DNA of 64,000 nt from Calcarisporiella thermophila CBS 279.70 (Eukaryota; Fungi; Calcarisporiellomycota). A model generated the notes under the pieces. It searched no databases, was not told the DNA's origin, and saw nothing but the letters and a program-made list of their open reading frames with translations. Location of the stretch: assembly GCF_041956535.1 (NCBI RefSeq), contig NW_027192203.1, positions 679,406 to 743,405 on the forward strand. The letters run 5' to 3'. Shown here one piece after another: positions 1 to 12,232 of this stretch; positions within the stretch are counted from its first letter, which is position 1; each line of letters starts with the position of its first letter. The position numbers were made by a program, and so were the translations under genes.

Positions 1-1316
1 TTTTATCCTGAGTATGAAGATAGGGGCATCTATGCTCCGCTGCTGTTCCTATTCACAAATAAAACCCCCCATAATATTCAAGTTAAAACGCGTTTGCATC
101 AATGTAGAACAGCAAGTCCATTACCCTTCTTCTGCATTTCAAGACACCGATCGTTCATGAGTGCTACACTCGCTAGCTTCCGCACCTTTTCATTGATGCA
201 AAGCGCCTTGCGTGATCCTAGGGATACTGTTCGTACGCCGTCCTCGTTAACGTATCCCGTCTTATAAAGCTCGTGGATAAATTGGGTAAGCTGTGAATGG
301 GTACGAGAGGTATAGTAGATCTAGATACAAAGAGAGTATAAGAATCTGCAAATAATACGAGGCAATAGCTCCAACGCCCCCACCTTCAATACGTCAGGTT
401 CCTCATCCTGCTCCTCCTCTTTTATCCCTTCAAGACTATCGAGGCTCTTTCCCTCTTGGAATCTAATTTACAAGCAGGTTCGCAATCATCGATTTCAAAC
501 TATGGAGGGCGCCAGTTTTACCTCTTCAAAAGTTCGCGCACTTGGGGGGAGTATACATCGTCGTTCAACGCAGTGCCCTGATCAGCCTTGATCGATTTTT
601 CTTCGTCACTGTGATACTCTTCCACTACAAGCTCGTCATCATTCTCGACCTCGCAGTCCGATATGCCTTTCTAATCATGTCATAGAGTCCAGTCAATACG
701 GCGAGAATAATATATTACTAATATAACTACCTGCTTTTTCTGTCGGTGGGCAATCTTGCTCCTCCTTTCCCTCTCCTCACGTTCTCGCACGCGTTTCAAT
801 CTCTCCGCCATTTCCTTCTGTCGGTTGAGTATAAGTTCTTTGTACTCCTGCTTTCGTTTTTCAATGTCAAAGGCAAGCTCCCACTCGAGAACATCTACAC
901 AGTATCACAATACAATAGGTACTTCAGTGCACGCAAGCCACATGGGCAAGGAGAATATACTACCGCTCGATTGTTTAGCGTCGTGTTCAATATTGCTTAA
1001 ATACGCCTGCTCTTCGCGCATTTCGTTGTCTTTCAACCACCTTAGCGCACCGCATATTAGGCTCAAGGATTTCCCCTGAAGAAAAGCCGTTGGGAATGTG
1101 GTTTAGGAATGCAGCTCTGCTTGATTTTTCATTGAATTGACCTACCGTTCCTGTGGGACTCTCGAAAATCCCCACCTGTCTTCTCTCCATGGCCGCATAG
1201 AGCTGCCGCATGAATTCGAGCTGGATAGTATAGGGCGTAAAGGGGAACTGAAATGCTTCATGGTCTTCGGGTACTGAGAGCGTAAAGGTGGTGGGCTCGA
1301 ACTCGGGCAATGTCAT
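1..1316 (-). CDS. CHL1: Chl1/DDX11-family Fe-S DNA helicase, 5' part (multi-exon, runs off the window start)
   Basis: Q motif FPFTPYTIQ, then IFESPTGT|GKSLSLIC (Walker A split by intron 1145..1076). Later exons give [25 protein letters not shown] and NDRCLEMQ. Confidence 0.93.
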
Positions 1317-1367
1317 CCTTTTTTCGACACGTCTAATTCAGAAATACAAAGCAGTAAAAAAAAAAAT

Positions 1368-1376
1368 ACGCGAAAA
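1368..1376. promoter_or_regulatory. SCB/MCB-like cell-cycle element ACGCGAAAA in the CHL1/SMD2 bidirectional promoter
   Basis: ACGCGAAAA lies ~50 bp upstream of the CHL1 ATG. The same core (CRCGAAA) is repeated in the histone promoters. Confidence 0.4.
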
Positions 1377-1504
1377 TTATATTAAAGATGTGTGACCGTC
1401 GGAAATCTAAGCCACTTAAACAGAAGAGTATTTTTGTCGAGTATGGTTTTTATTGATCGTTCATAAAAAAAACATCAGGCCGATCTTGACCGATAGGATA
1501 TAAA

Positions 1505-2030
1505 ATGGTAGAAGAAGAACAGCGACAGGAAGAAAACGAATTCAACACTGGACCGCTTTCCGTTCTCCAGCAATCAGTCAAAAATCACACTCAGGTTTTG
1601 ATCAACTGCCGAAACAACCGGAAGTTGCTTGCAAGAGTGAAGGCGTTTGATCGGCACTGCAATATGGTACTGGAAAATGTCAAGGAGGTAAGCATTGAAA
1701 TTTTTTGGGAACGCTTGACAATTCTCTTTGTGGCATTGTCGGGATTTTCTGCTCCGATCAGAATTGGAAATCCATAATCTAACGGAATCTGCTCCATCCA
1801 TCATTCATATGCTTTAGATGTGGACGGAAATCCCACGCAACGCGCAAGGAAAGAAAGGAAAGCCAGTAAACAAGGACAGGTTCATCAGCAAGATGTTTTT
1901 GCGAGGCGATAGTGTAATTCTAGGTAAGTTGGCCCCCCTTATTTTGAATGGATATCTTGTAAGGAGAGCGTGACTGATGGTATGCATGGTGTTTATTTCT
2001 TTGCTTCTAGTGCTTCGGAACACTGTCTAA
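1505..2030 (+). CDS. SMD2: Small nuclear ribonucleoprotein Sm D2 (3 coding exons)
   Basis: [10 protein letters not shown]...[32 protein letters not shown]|MWTE...[16 protein letters not shown]|VLRNTV*; GT-AG introns. Confidence 0.96.
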
Positions 2031-2291
2031 GCTCCACTGGACCCTAACATCATCTCCCATGTTCTCTCTTCCACCCTTTTATTACTCCCTGCTTTTGCTG
2101 TCAGTGATTTTTCTCTTGTAATGAACAATAAATATTTGATAAGACCCCAATCCCTTCTCCCGCCTTGGTATTGTTTCAACTCAATAGCCAGTCACAAGAT
2201 TTCCTCTGTTTATCACAAAATTTGTGATATTTTTCATTCAGGCTTTGTAATCCTACCCATCGCTCATTCACAACCAATCCACACGCATTTT

Positions 2292-3497
2292 ATGGAGACT
2301 AGTCAGAGTCAAGGTCGGTCACTGCCCACACTTGTCACCGTCAAACCTCAACAGAAGCCGGCTACGGTTGTGAGGCATCAGTGGAGCTTCGTCGACTTAC
2401 TGGCTGGAGGGTAAGTCATGTGTTTTGGGGTTGTCCCTCTTTGATTTGAAGATCTCAGCCCATGATTGGATGCTCTGCGATATCTTAGGGCGGGCGGTAT
2501 GATGGGCGCAATATTTACATCGCCACTGGATGTGGTTAAAACACGATTACAAGTAAGTGTCCACATGTCATGTCTATCGATGTCGAGCATTGAATGATGT
2601 TGGTGCCCTCCTTTCTAGTCGAGCCACTATCAACAGGCAAGCTCTGCGTCTCGTTCCGTAGCCGTATGGAGCCATTTCAGAGAAACTGGCCGGATTTTAG
2701 GGTAAGAATGTTAAAATCGGGTGCGGTGGCCAAGCCCCAAGAGATATTAACACTTTTTGTCATGCCGGTTGCACAGAAATGTATATAGGAAGGAGGGAGC
2801 CCGGGCACTATTTAAAGGACTAGGCCCGAATCTCGTGGGGGTGATACCCGCACGCGCTATCAACTTCTGGGCCTATGGCAACGGCAAACGCTTCTACACG
2901 GAGCTGTTTGGGCGGGAGACCACGCTGGTGCACCTTATCTCGGCCGCCACCGCCGGCATCGTCACCTCCACCGTGACGAATCCGATCTGGGTCGTGAAGA
3001 CGCGCATGCAGCTGCAAACCTCCAACTCTAAAGACCACAAGAATCCGCAGTACCGCAACAGCTTTGACTGCACGGTCAAGATCCTGCGCCAAGAGGGGCT
3101 CCGTGGGCTCTACAAGGGCTTGAGTGCCTCCTACCTGGGGGTCACGGAATCCACCATACAATGGATGCTCTACGAGAACTTCAAGAAGGTGATTCGCGGG
3201 TACCGGGAACAAGAGGGAGGCGACTGGGTCGAGAAGATCGGCGCAGCCAGTGCCGCCAAACTCATCGCAACCACTATCACATACCCGCATGAGGTTCTTC
3301 GCACGCGGTTACGACAGCTGCCTGGCGAAAATGGGGTCGTAAAATACACGGGGCTAAAACAGTGCGCCATGCTAGTCGTACGAGAAGAGGGCATCCAAGC
3401 GCTCTACGGCGGAATGACCGCCCATCTCATGCGAGTCGTGCCCAATGCCGCCATCATGTTCTTCGTCTATGAGATGATCATGCAGCACGCTAAGTAA
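2292..3497 (+). CDS. RIM2: Mitochondrial pyrimidine-nucleotide carrier (Rim2/SLC25A33-36 family), 4 exons
   Basis: Three carrier signatures PLDVVKTRLQ, PIWVVKTRMQ and PHEVLRTRLR; also GLGPNLVGVIPARAINF and HLMRVVPNAAIMF. Confidence 0.92.
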
Positions 3498-4263
3498 TAT
3501 ACCTTCTTTTTTTAAAAAAAATAGCACTGTATTTCTCTTCCTCAACATCCCTATCTCCTATGTAAAGCCTGTTTTTCATCTTTTTTTTTATCTTTTTTTG
3601 ATACAATAAAAACGAAAAACCCCCCCTTTAGATTTTATTTTTATATATTTTCACTTGTCCCCCATTCTCCCCCCCCCCCCCCATTTATTTTCGATCTATG
3701 TATCTATCACCTTAACTTCTCTATTTCCTAGATACTTACTTTGCTTTTGAACAGCCTGTTTTTCAAATGATTCTCCGCCTCACCTAACTTAAAATTGCTT
3801 GGCGTAAACAGCAGAGAAATAAAGAGATGCAAAAGAAAAATGGGCATGGCCCTTTAATAAAAATCATTTTTCACCTCTTCTCATGAAATATTTATGCGTT
3901 CAAGAAGCAATCCCTCTCAAGGGTGTGTAGAAGAGCTGTAGCAGGATTTATTAACAAACAAACAAAAAGAACAAAAAGAAATCAACAAAGATAACCATGG
4001 CCGAGGAGGAGGGGGCATAAAATAAATATTTACAAATATATGTTAATCATATATATCAAGGAACACTAGAAAACAAAAAGAGAAGAAAAGAATCCGCCTC
4101 GCTTACATACAAAAAAAAATAACAGAAAGGAGAAGAGGGGACGGGGGGGGGGGGAGTGCAAAATATAAACGAGAGAAAAATCCTTTTGTAGCAAAAGAAG
4201 AATGCGCAATATAGGCCAGAAACAAAAAGGACGAGTCTACTCCGCTTCGTCTAAGCTGGCTCC

Positions 4264-5804
4264 TCACCTGGTGGCTTCCTCGGCTTGTCCCGCCTCTAGT
4301 ACCTCCTCCCCTCGCTCTTCTTCCGGCTGCTCCTCCCCGCGGGACTCGTCGGGCGCTTGCTCCTCCCCCTCCTGAGCCCTTCTCTTCCCCTCGATTTTCA
4401 CCCCCACCCATCCGCTCCAGCCTGCCTCCCACTCCTCGCCATCCTCCTCCTCACTCGCCAAGTCTATTGCACTGACGTCCACCTCGCCCTCATCCTCTTC
4501 CTCGCCCACCAAAAGCGCCTCTTCCTCGGGGGTTGCCTGGTCGGAAGGCCGCCAAGAAATCACCAGGACGCCACAGAGAACAATGGCCACTCCGACGAAC
4601 ACCAAGAGAATCTGGTACCATGCGAGCTGGTCCCATTGGTCATAGACGAGGCCATTGAGAAGGGTGGAGACGTTAAAGGCACAGAAGGAGAGCGGGACTA
4701 GTAGAACGGTATCACAAAGGCGGAGCCCCTTGTTCAAATAGTAGAGCTAAAGATGCCCGGGGGGGGGGGGATAAAAGAATGAGATCGCCAAGTCTAGACC
4801 GGGTTCGATGGGTTCAAGGGGAGAGCTTACCTGCATGACCGCCGTCACCACCAAAGCTACCACGATAAACCAGGTCAGGAAATGGGTAAACTGGTTGCGC
4901 CCATTCACGAGGGTCAGCCATATTAGTGTGACTCCACTCTTTGCAAATACCAGGCTCTGGCCCGAGATCACCCCACTGGTGATGCCAAAAATAAGCCCTA
5001 GGATGGTCCTTGCTTGACGGATGCCCACTTTTCGAAACAGGGCCTCGGCTCGCTTGGAGCCTTCCCCTCGCTGCACCTTGTGAAGGCTCCGCTCGGCAAA
5101 GGTGGTCACGAGGAGCACGACAAGAATAAATACGTCCTCAAGGGAATAGAGGGTGATAAAGACCGGGCGTTTGTAGAGCTCTATCAGATCCGAGAGGTCT
5201 CGATTGTGATCCGGAGTAGCGCCAAAGATCCCAATCAAGACGGCACCCGCCGCGATAAATATGGTCCCTGCATCCAGCCGAAAAGGGTTAGCAAGGAAGA
5301 AGAGAAAAGCGAGGAATAGTGGAAAACGAAATGGCGAAAGACGAGGCACTTACCCACGATGGCTTGGGGGGTTAAGTTGTACGCCAAGAGAAGCTTTGCG
5401 AAAATGGCGTTGAATATTAGGCCGATGGAGGAGAGCGGGCCAATAATGATAACGGGTAGAAGAGCGAGCCCAAAGACAGAGCCAAGAAAATTGGAGCCCA
5501 CATAGGCCAGGAAGCCAAGCAGCCAGAGAGGTCTCCTAGAAATTCAGGAAAGCATATTAGTCAGACTCCAGAGCTGTGTAGAGCCACAAAGGGACTACCG
5601 TAGCGCGTGTCGCCGCAATCCTTCTGGCCTCATATCATCCATTATATGGCTTTTTCGCTGGATTGTCATTCCCAGAGATTGGACCAAGGATGTTAGGATT
5701 ATCACCAAGATCCCAAGGGCGATGTTTGAGTGGGGACCATTGTCTTCGTTTTCGGACGCGGCCGCTATTCTATTTGGCCCCATGGATGATAATAGATCGA
5801 CCAT
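4264..5804 (-). CDS. NIPA-family (Mg_trans_NIPA/DMT-like) multi-pass membrane transporter, 4 exons
   Basis: SLGMTIQRKSH, RPLWLLGF, SGQSLVFAKSG, LNKGLRLCDTVLLVPLSFCAFNVSTLLNGLVY; ~9 hydrophobic helices and an acidic C-tail. Confidence 0.85.
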
Positions 5805-8026
5805 TCTGAGATGAGTTTTGCCCTCCTTCCAATATGGGGGGATGGGGGAGAAGGGGAAAGGGAGGGGGGGGGGGTATTGGTGGGCGAATTAAATTTGCGT
5901 TAAGAGAGGATCGGCTATTGTTTTAAATATATGGATCAATGCGTATGTGGGTTAAAGAGAGGGGATCTATAGCAGATTGACCATGGCTAGAAAATAGGCG
6001 AAATCGTGGTGGCAAACCAAATGAAATCAAGGAAAAAAAAAAAAATATAAAGGTAAAAAAGCTAAGAAAGAGACCGCAAGACTATATCCAGCATAAAGTT
6101 CTATTCAGCCAGAATTCAGCGGGCAATTTTAGAGTGACATCCAATTTAGACAGCTCTTAATATAGAGTATGCTCCAATGCCGCCCTTCCGTATGCTTATC
6201 CCAGTGGGAGACATGCGAGCAGAACGCGAGCCCGATACTGCAAGAGCACTGCTGCGTGGTGGTCTTGCCTGCACTCTTGGGCGATGACTAATAAACCGGA
6301 TTTTCGAAAGCGGAGAGACCCCAAAATCATTACGTAGCTATCCCATCCAAAGGCCGAGAGTCATTGGCCACCGATCAAATACGTCATCCCATTGCCATCA
6401 TTTCAAATCGAGGTTGAGAAGCGCAGCCCGACGCAGCCTGGAACCCGTAAGCTGGGTTGCTCTGCTAGTGCCTCAATCTCGGCACAAGGTAGCCGTGGAT
6501 GGCCCAGTGCTGCACAGACGCGGCAAAGTGGTTGAAGTTCTGGACCGTGTTTTCGATGCTGCTCACAGCGCGTGAATCGAATAAATTAAGAGTGGGCGGC
6601 GGACAAAGAGGCTCTTCTATGATATCCCTCCCCGCCAGCAAGAAGCCTTTGTTTGCAGTAGCTGCCCACCCGAAGCTGACTTGACGAATATGTCGTTTGC
6701 CCAGCTTCGGCCAAACTAGCATATTATGGAGCCTAGTTTTTTTCGGCGCCAGCCAGAGGGCACAGGGACGCGCTAGGGCATATAGAGCAACGACGCAAAG
6801 AGAGAGAGAGCATAGCTTTATAATGAAAAAAAAAAGCCAATCTATCAAAACTTGCAGAATAGCCGCGAATGCCATTGGCTTTATTAGGGGTTACGAAAAG
6901 ATTCGACCAATATTGCTCGCGGATCGCTCTTTCCAAGGTTCCTTGGCTGGTTGCAGGGCAAATCCGGGAAGGGGGGGGAGGCGGTGGCCAACCCTTGGAT
7001 CGATTGGGGGGGGGGGGCCCCAGGCAGGCGCGGGAGAGGGGCTGGCCGTGGGCCGAATGCTGCTGACTCAGAGCAAAGGGCGGGCTGGCGGGCCCCTGTC
7101 ACCATGTCACCGCACGCGCGCCAAAAGGCACACCCACTTTGCACGTTTCGCAGCAAGCGGCGGCCCAGTCAGGGGATGCATTTGCAAACCATGCGCGAAA
7201 AGCCCAAATTAAAAGAGCTGCAATTAACTCTATTTCTTGTTCCTTGAGAGAGCGAGAGCCTCTTTGGCAAGCTTCCAATTAAAGCGCGGGTGGCAAATGG
7301 GGTTCAGGAAACCTGGTTACGGGCATTTCCGATTTCCTAAACGCGCCAGAATTGGCTCTCCGCCGCGCTGGCGAGCGGGCGAGGGGCGCAATGAGCCGGA
7401 TCGGACGAATGGCGAGCCGCGGCAGGCAGTCCTTATTGCCTCCGTGCAGCTGAGTCGCATCCATTCCAGCCGGAGAGGCCGCCCTCGGATTCCCTGATTT
7501 AATATAGCTAAACGTGTTCCAACGATTGCAGCGAGCTTTCTTGCTCACGGCCTGGAGCATATAGAAAAAGGCCGCCCTCCCGCCCTCTCCCTCTCTCTCT
7601 CCTCCGCAGCCGCCTGCTCGCCGCCCTCCCCAGCCCTGTTTTGCCCCTTTCCCAAGCAATCCTTCCAGCGCCCTTCCCGCCCCCCCTGCTCTCTCCCTCG
7701 TGCCCCCGCGTCTCGGCCATCGCGCGCCTTATCGTTCGCCCTCTCCCGCGTTCTCTTCCATTGCTGAGGATTATTGAGTCGCGGCCTGATTTTGCTTTCC
7801 CGCGCTTTATTTTTCCCCCGCTTGTCTTTCTCTGTTTCATATTTTTTTTTATTTTTTTCCTCGTGCCAACATCTCTCTGCCTTATTTATTGCCGCCTCAG
7901 CTCGCCCTCTCGACTCCCACGTCCTAAAGGTTGCGCCTGCGAGTCTTTCGGAGGGGAACGCGAAGGAAACATCCATCTACTAGTGGAAGTGGACCTCACA
8001 ACGCCAAAACCCAGCTGTTGTAGTTG

Positions 8027-9703
8027 ATGATGATAAGCCTCTCGGAAAGACGGCAACGAAAGTGCAACGACCTGCTACTCGAGAACAACCCCCCCGTAGG
8101 CAACGTCACCAGCACCGGACATCCCACGCCTCCTTACGATCGCATGGAGCACGGCTCGATCCCCCCCAAAACCGAACCCTCCCCATGGTCAACGCAAGGG
8201 CGTCCGCAGTATCCTCCCTCCTCATTGCAGCCATCCCACGATGAAGCGCAGGGCAAATGGTCGCAGCCTACGCCGACAACCCCGCATCCCCCCGCAGACT
8301 GGAAAATGGAGTACCCCCCGCATCCGCCGCCCCCCGCGTCCAACTACCCCGTGAGGCATCAAGGAATGACGAGTGGGTTCCATCATGGACAAGGCTACGA
8401 AGATTATGAGCTGCAGGGTGATGAGTCGAGGGTGGCTCCCAGTAAGTGATCTAAGGATCTGCGAGAGGGACTGAGAGAAAAGAGAGGAGAGGAAAGGCCG
8501 CCTTTTTCTAACGCCATTCTTTGCATGTTGATAGTGCCGCATTCCTATCGGCCGACGCATGCTGAACACGGGATGGATATCCCAGGTAAGCAATCTATCG
8601 ATGCCCTCCCAGGCCAAGGGCCAAGCCGTGGCCGCTTGCGCTAACGCTTTACTGTTTGGCCTTGCTCAGGGTCCCATGTCGCCTCGACTTCGATGGGGTT
8701 CCCGGTGACCACCCTCCCCTCCCAGCCCATGTTCTCCCCTTCGGCCTCGGAGTTCCACGACCCCTCCGACGTTAGAAAGGCGCTCACCAACTCGCGTCGC
8801 GCGGCCCAGAACCGCGCAGCCCAGCGAGCTTTCCGCCAGCGCAAGGAGCGCTACGTGAAGGATCTCGAGGCGAAGGCCAGAGACTTCGAGGCTTTGAAGG
8901 TCGCGTTCGACACCGTGCGCAAAGAAAACGAAATGCTCCACGACATGGTGGCAGGCTTGCAGCAGGAGGTATTGCGGCTGAGGGAGTCAAACAAGCTTGG
9001 CAGTGGTCAGCTCCCCGACCCTGCGTCCTTACCCCCGACCGAACTCCCTCCAGCGCCCCATCCCATGGTCGCCGCCACCCAAGCCCTACCGCCGCTCGCC
9101 CCACCAACCCACCTGTCCACGCCATTGTTGCCCAAGGTGCATCCGCCCTCGCATCCGCCCTCCATCGACTCCGCCTCGGCCCCCGCGGTCGCCCGCGATA
9201 AACAGGAGCACACTCCTGTGGCGTCGCGGGAACGCTCCGACCTCCATCCCCCCACCCTTTTGGCCTCCAGCTCCTCCTCCCAGTCCTCCCCCTCGACGAC
9301 CGCAAGCTCCACCCCGGTCATAGCTGGCTTCGATCAGCGCATGCTGGATATCTTGAGACACCAGTCCAGCCGAAATCCCTTCTCCTCCTTCTTCGAGGTC
9401 CCCCAGACCCGAGGCTGGGCCGAAAAGGGCAGAAAAGAGGAGGTCTTGTTCGAGGAGCGGGCCAGGGAGGCGCTGGGGAGACACGAGGGGGCCGCTGAAG
9501 GCTCCAGCCTGACCATGGAAAGCAGGGTGGTTGGGAAGGGCCTGAGGGAGGACCCCTCGCTTATGTTCGCCGAGGATTCCTTTTTCTTGTACGATGAAGA
9601 GGCACGTCACGTCATGGACGACTTTTGTGATATGCTTCGCGCACGGCCCCCACCCGATCTACCCAGCAACTTGGATACCGGATTGTGGCAAGCGTCCCAA
9701 TGA
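8027..9703 (+). CDS. AP-1/Yap-like bZIP transcription factor (3 exons; start could be 8027 or 8144)
   Basis: Basic region RRAAQNRAAQRAFRQRKERYVKDLE followed by a leucine zipper; Pro/Ser-rich flanks; two GT-AG introns near 8442-8533 and 8586-8669. Confidence 0.88.
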
Positions 9704-10046
9704 ATTTTTTCTTTTACTTATCCCCTTTAATCTGATATATTTTTTCTTTCTTTCTAATGATGGTCCTTTTTTATATTAATCATTTTTCTCTTTCAACCTA
9801 ATACCAAAATTCTTTTTTTTTTCGTGTTAATGTTTCGTATCATTTTCATTTTCATCTCTTTTTTTTTTCTTATTTTCTTTTCTTTTACATTCCCCCTAAT
9901 GTGGTTTTGTGTCTTTGAGCAAAAATTTTTGTACATATCTCTCCCCCATCTAATACTTAATGGAAAGCATTTTCTCTTGCCCTAAATGTGGCTTGGCAAT
10001 CAAAATAGGAGCTCGTTTCGAGCTCGGTTTCATTCTCCCATGCACC

Positions 10047-11133
10047 ATGTCCGTTATTCGGTGGTTATTTAACACGTCGAAATGGCTGCCATCGGACGAG
10101 GTTTGCCCGCCCCTTTTCATCTCGCCTCGCTCGTCTGATTTGTCTTGATATCTTTTTGTCTTTTGGCTAAAGGAATTCGAGAGCCTCTTAAGGCTGTTAC
10201 CCCAGGACGACCAAGAGAGAATTCGTCGCTTCTACTTCAGGGAAGATGCTAAACGCTGCCTCATCGGGAAGCTGCTCACTCGCCACTACCTGGTCACCGA
10301 GTTAGGGCTGCGCGAATACGTCATCTCGACGACAGAAGAGGGAAAGCCGTACCTTGTAAATCGGCCAATGGTCTACTTCTTTTGGGTTCCAAGAGAGATG
10401 GCTAACAAGATACCTTCGACTATCTTGATGGAGTAGAAGTCGCCGAGTTTGAACATCAACTTCAATGTCTCCCATGATAAGTCCTGGGTGGCCTTTGTTG
10501 CAGCATCTTATCCCATAGGCGTCGACCTCATGCAAGTCGCTCTCTTGCCCAATCTGTCCCACGCTGAATTCTTGGAGAGTCTCGCTGATATTGTAAACTT
10601 CCCCCCATGACTCCTTTCATTGACCAAGCCCTCACCTCTGTCAACCCCCATCATCAGTTTTCCGCTGAGGAATGGAAAAGAATTAGGAAAGGAAGCGAGG
10701 CGGAGCAGCTCCACAAGCTGTATGTATATTTCTGTCTGAAGGAGTGTTACGGTAAAGCACTGGGGCTCGGCCTCGGAGAGATTGCAGAGTTTGGAGCCAT
10801 TCATCACCCAGAGGGCGATACTGAGGTGAGAGCCGTGGATCCAATACTGCGAAAATGGTGTAGAGCTGACGAGCCATGTCTTTTCTATCGTAGAATGTGA
10901 CCCTTCTCTATGATCACCCCCGCCCCGGGTGGTGTTTTGAATTGCGGTATTTGGAAAACGATTATTTCGTGGCCATTGCAAGGCGCCCGCCCTCCGATAA
11001 GCGAGCGGCAGAGAAGGGGAAGAATCAGGGCACCAAGCAGGAGGTGAAGCAAGAGTTTATAAAGGACACTGAGCCATTTCGCGAGATATCCATAGAGGAA
11101 ATGAAAAGAAGCTTGCTTAACCACTCTTCGTGA
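10047..11133 (+). CDS. LYS5: Sfp-type 4'-phosphopantetheinyl transferase (Lys5/NpgA/AASDHPPT-like), 5 exons
   Basis: RIRRFYFREDAKRCLIGKLL, EGKPYL, FNVSHD, IGVDLM, YFCLKECYGKALGLGL. Confidence 0.88.
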
Positions 11134-12103
11134 GTTTAGGCTTTGTCATTGGCTTAATGTTTATTTCCCTTTATAATTTCAAGCTTCATGCAAGATTTAC
11201 AAAAGCATGGACTATAGCTTGATACCAATGTTTCTGCTTTTTGAATGCTATTTAACTCTATGACTTTGTTAAACATATTGGCCTATTTATTGGATCCATG
11301 GTAGTCTGTTTTCCATAAGCATCTTGATGGTTGAATAGAACCCCCTCCCAGAATTCTGAAACGTAAAAAAGATGTTTATATAGGTTCCATCTTCCAAGGT
11401 TGAAAAGCCGTGGAGTGGGAACGGACCGACGAATCACTCTTAGTAAGATTCCATCCCGATGTGGGAACAGTAAAAATAACCTATTATTTAACAAATGATG
11501 AGTGCCAACGCTTAGGCCTAAAAATAGGCCCGTCTTGCCCATGTATGATGTAAGGGAGAAGGCCATGTTCCAGAATCTTAACAAACTCTGCCGTTCTCAC
11601 AGATATCCGATCCGCCATACACCCAAACCATAAGCTTTTAGTCAGCTTAAAATCCCATCATCAAATAATCTCTACCCAAAGCAACAAACCGAAGCTGTAG
11701 ATCGATTGTCAGGAGGTATGCAAACACTACATGGGATTGAATGAGTGACCATGGATCTTTTAAATAATCATTAGGGGATTGCTCATGCAAAAGCAGTTGC
11801 TTGGTGGATATTATTCAGAAAAAATAGCTTGAGCTAGTTTATTCCCAAGAATAGAACTGACTCTTTTTGGATTTAGGTAAATTGCCAAGACTTCACAGAT
11901 CAACTTTTTCTCCCCTAGCATTGGCCACCTGCTATAACAAGATGTCACTTGCATTTAGCCAGAGACTGGCCCATACCGGACGCCCCTCCCACTTTCTGTG
12001 CGGTATTAAAGTTGAGGCCGGATAGAAAAATTATGTAAAAGTCGAGTCCAAAGTTATTATTAGTTGCAAGTTTAATGGAAAAACTATCAAGACCCTTGTG
12101 TCG

Positions 12104-12134
12104 ACCCTTGGCTGAACCGGCCAAGGGTATAAAT
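12104..12134 (+). promoter_or_regulatory. Inverted repeat with two GCCAAG (PacC/Rim101-type) sites abutting a TATA box
   Basis: ACCCTTGGC-N7-GCCAAGGGT immediately followed by TATAAAT. Confidence 0.45.
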
Positions 12135-12232
12135 AACGCCGGATATTCTCACACTATCATAATTAATAAGGCTCGCTTGAATATAAATATTCTCGCATCG
12201 TCTCACCCTTGGCTCGGCTCTTGACACTAACC

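Noticed and set aside
6225-6460. A few wobble-rich hairpins and an RNase P CR-V-like string
   Set aside because: No matching CR-I element; the stems rely on many G-U pairs and fit chance in GC-rich DNA.
6465-8023. Numerous overlapping ORFs in the NIPA-bZIP intergenic region
   Set aside because: Low-complexity products of GC-rich and homopolymer promoter/leader DNA with no family motifs.
11258-11584. 108-aa ORF, and similar short ORFs at 39794-39997 and 56123-56848
   Set aside because: No recognisable motif or coherent exon structure; possibly decayed relics but unsupported.
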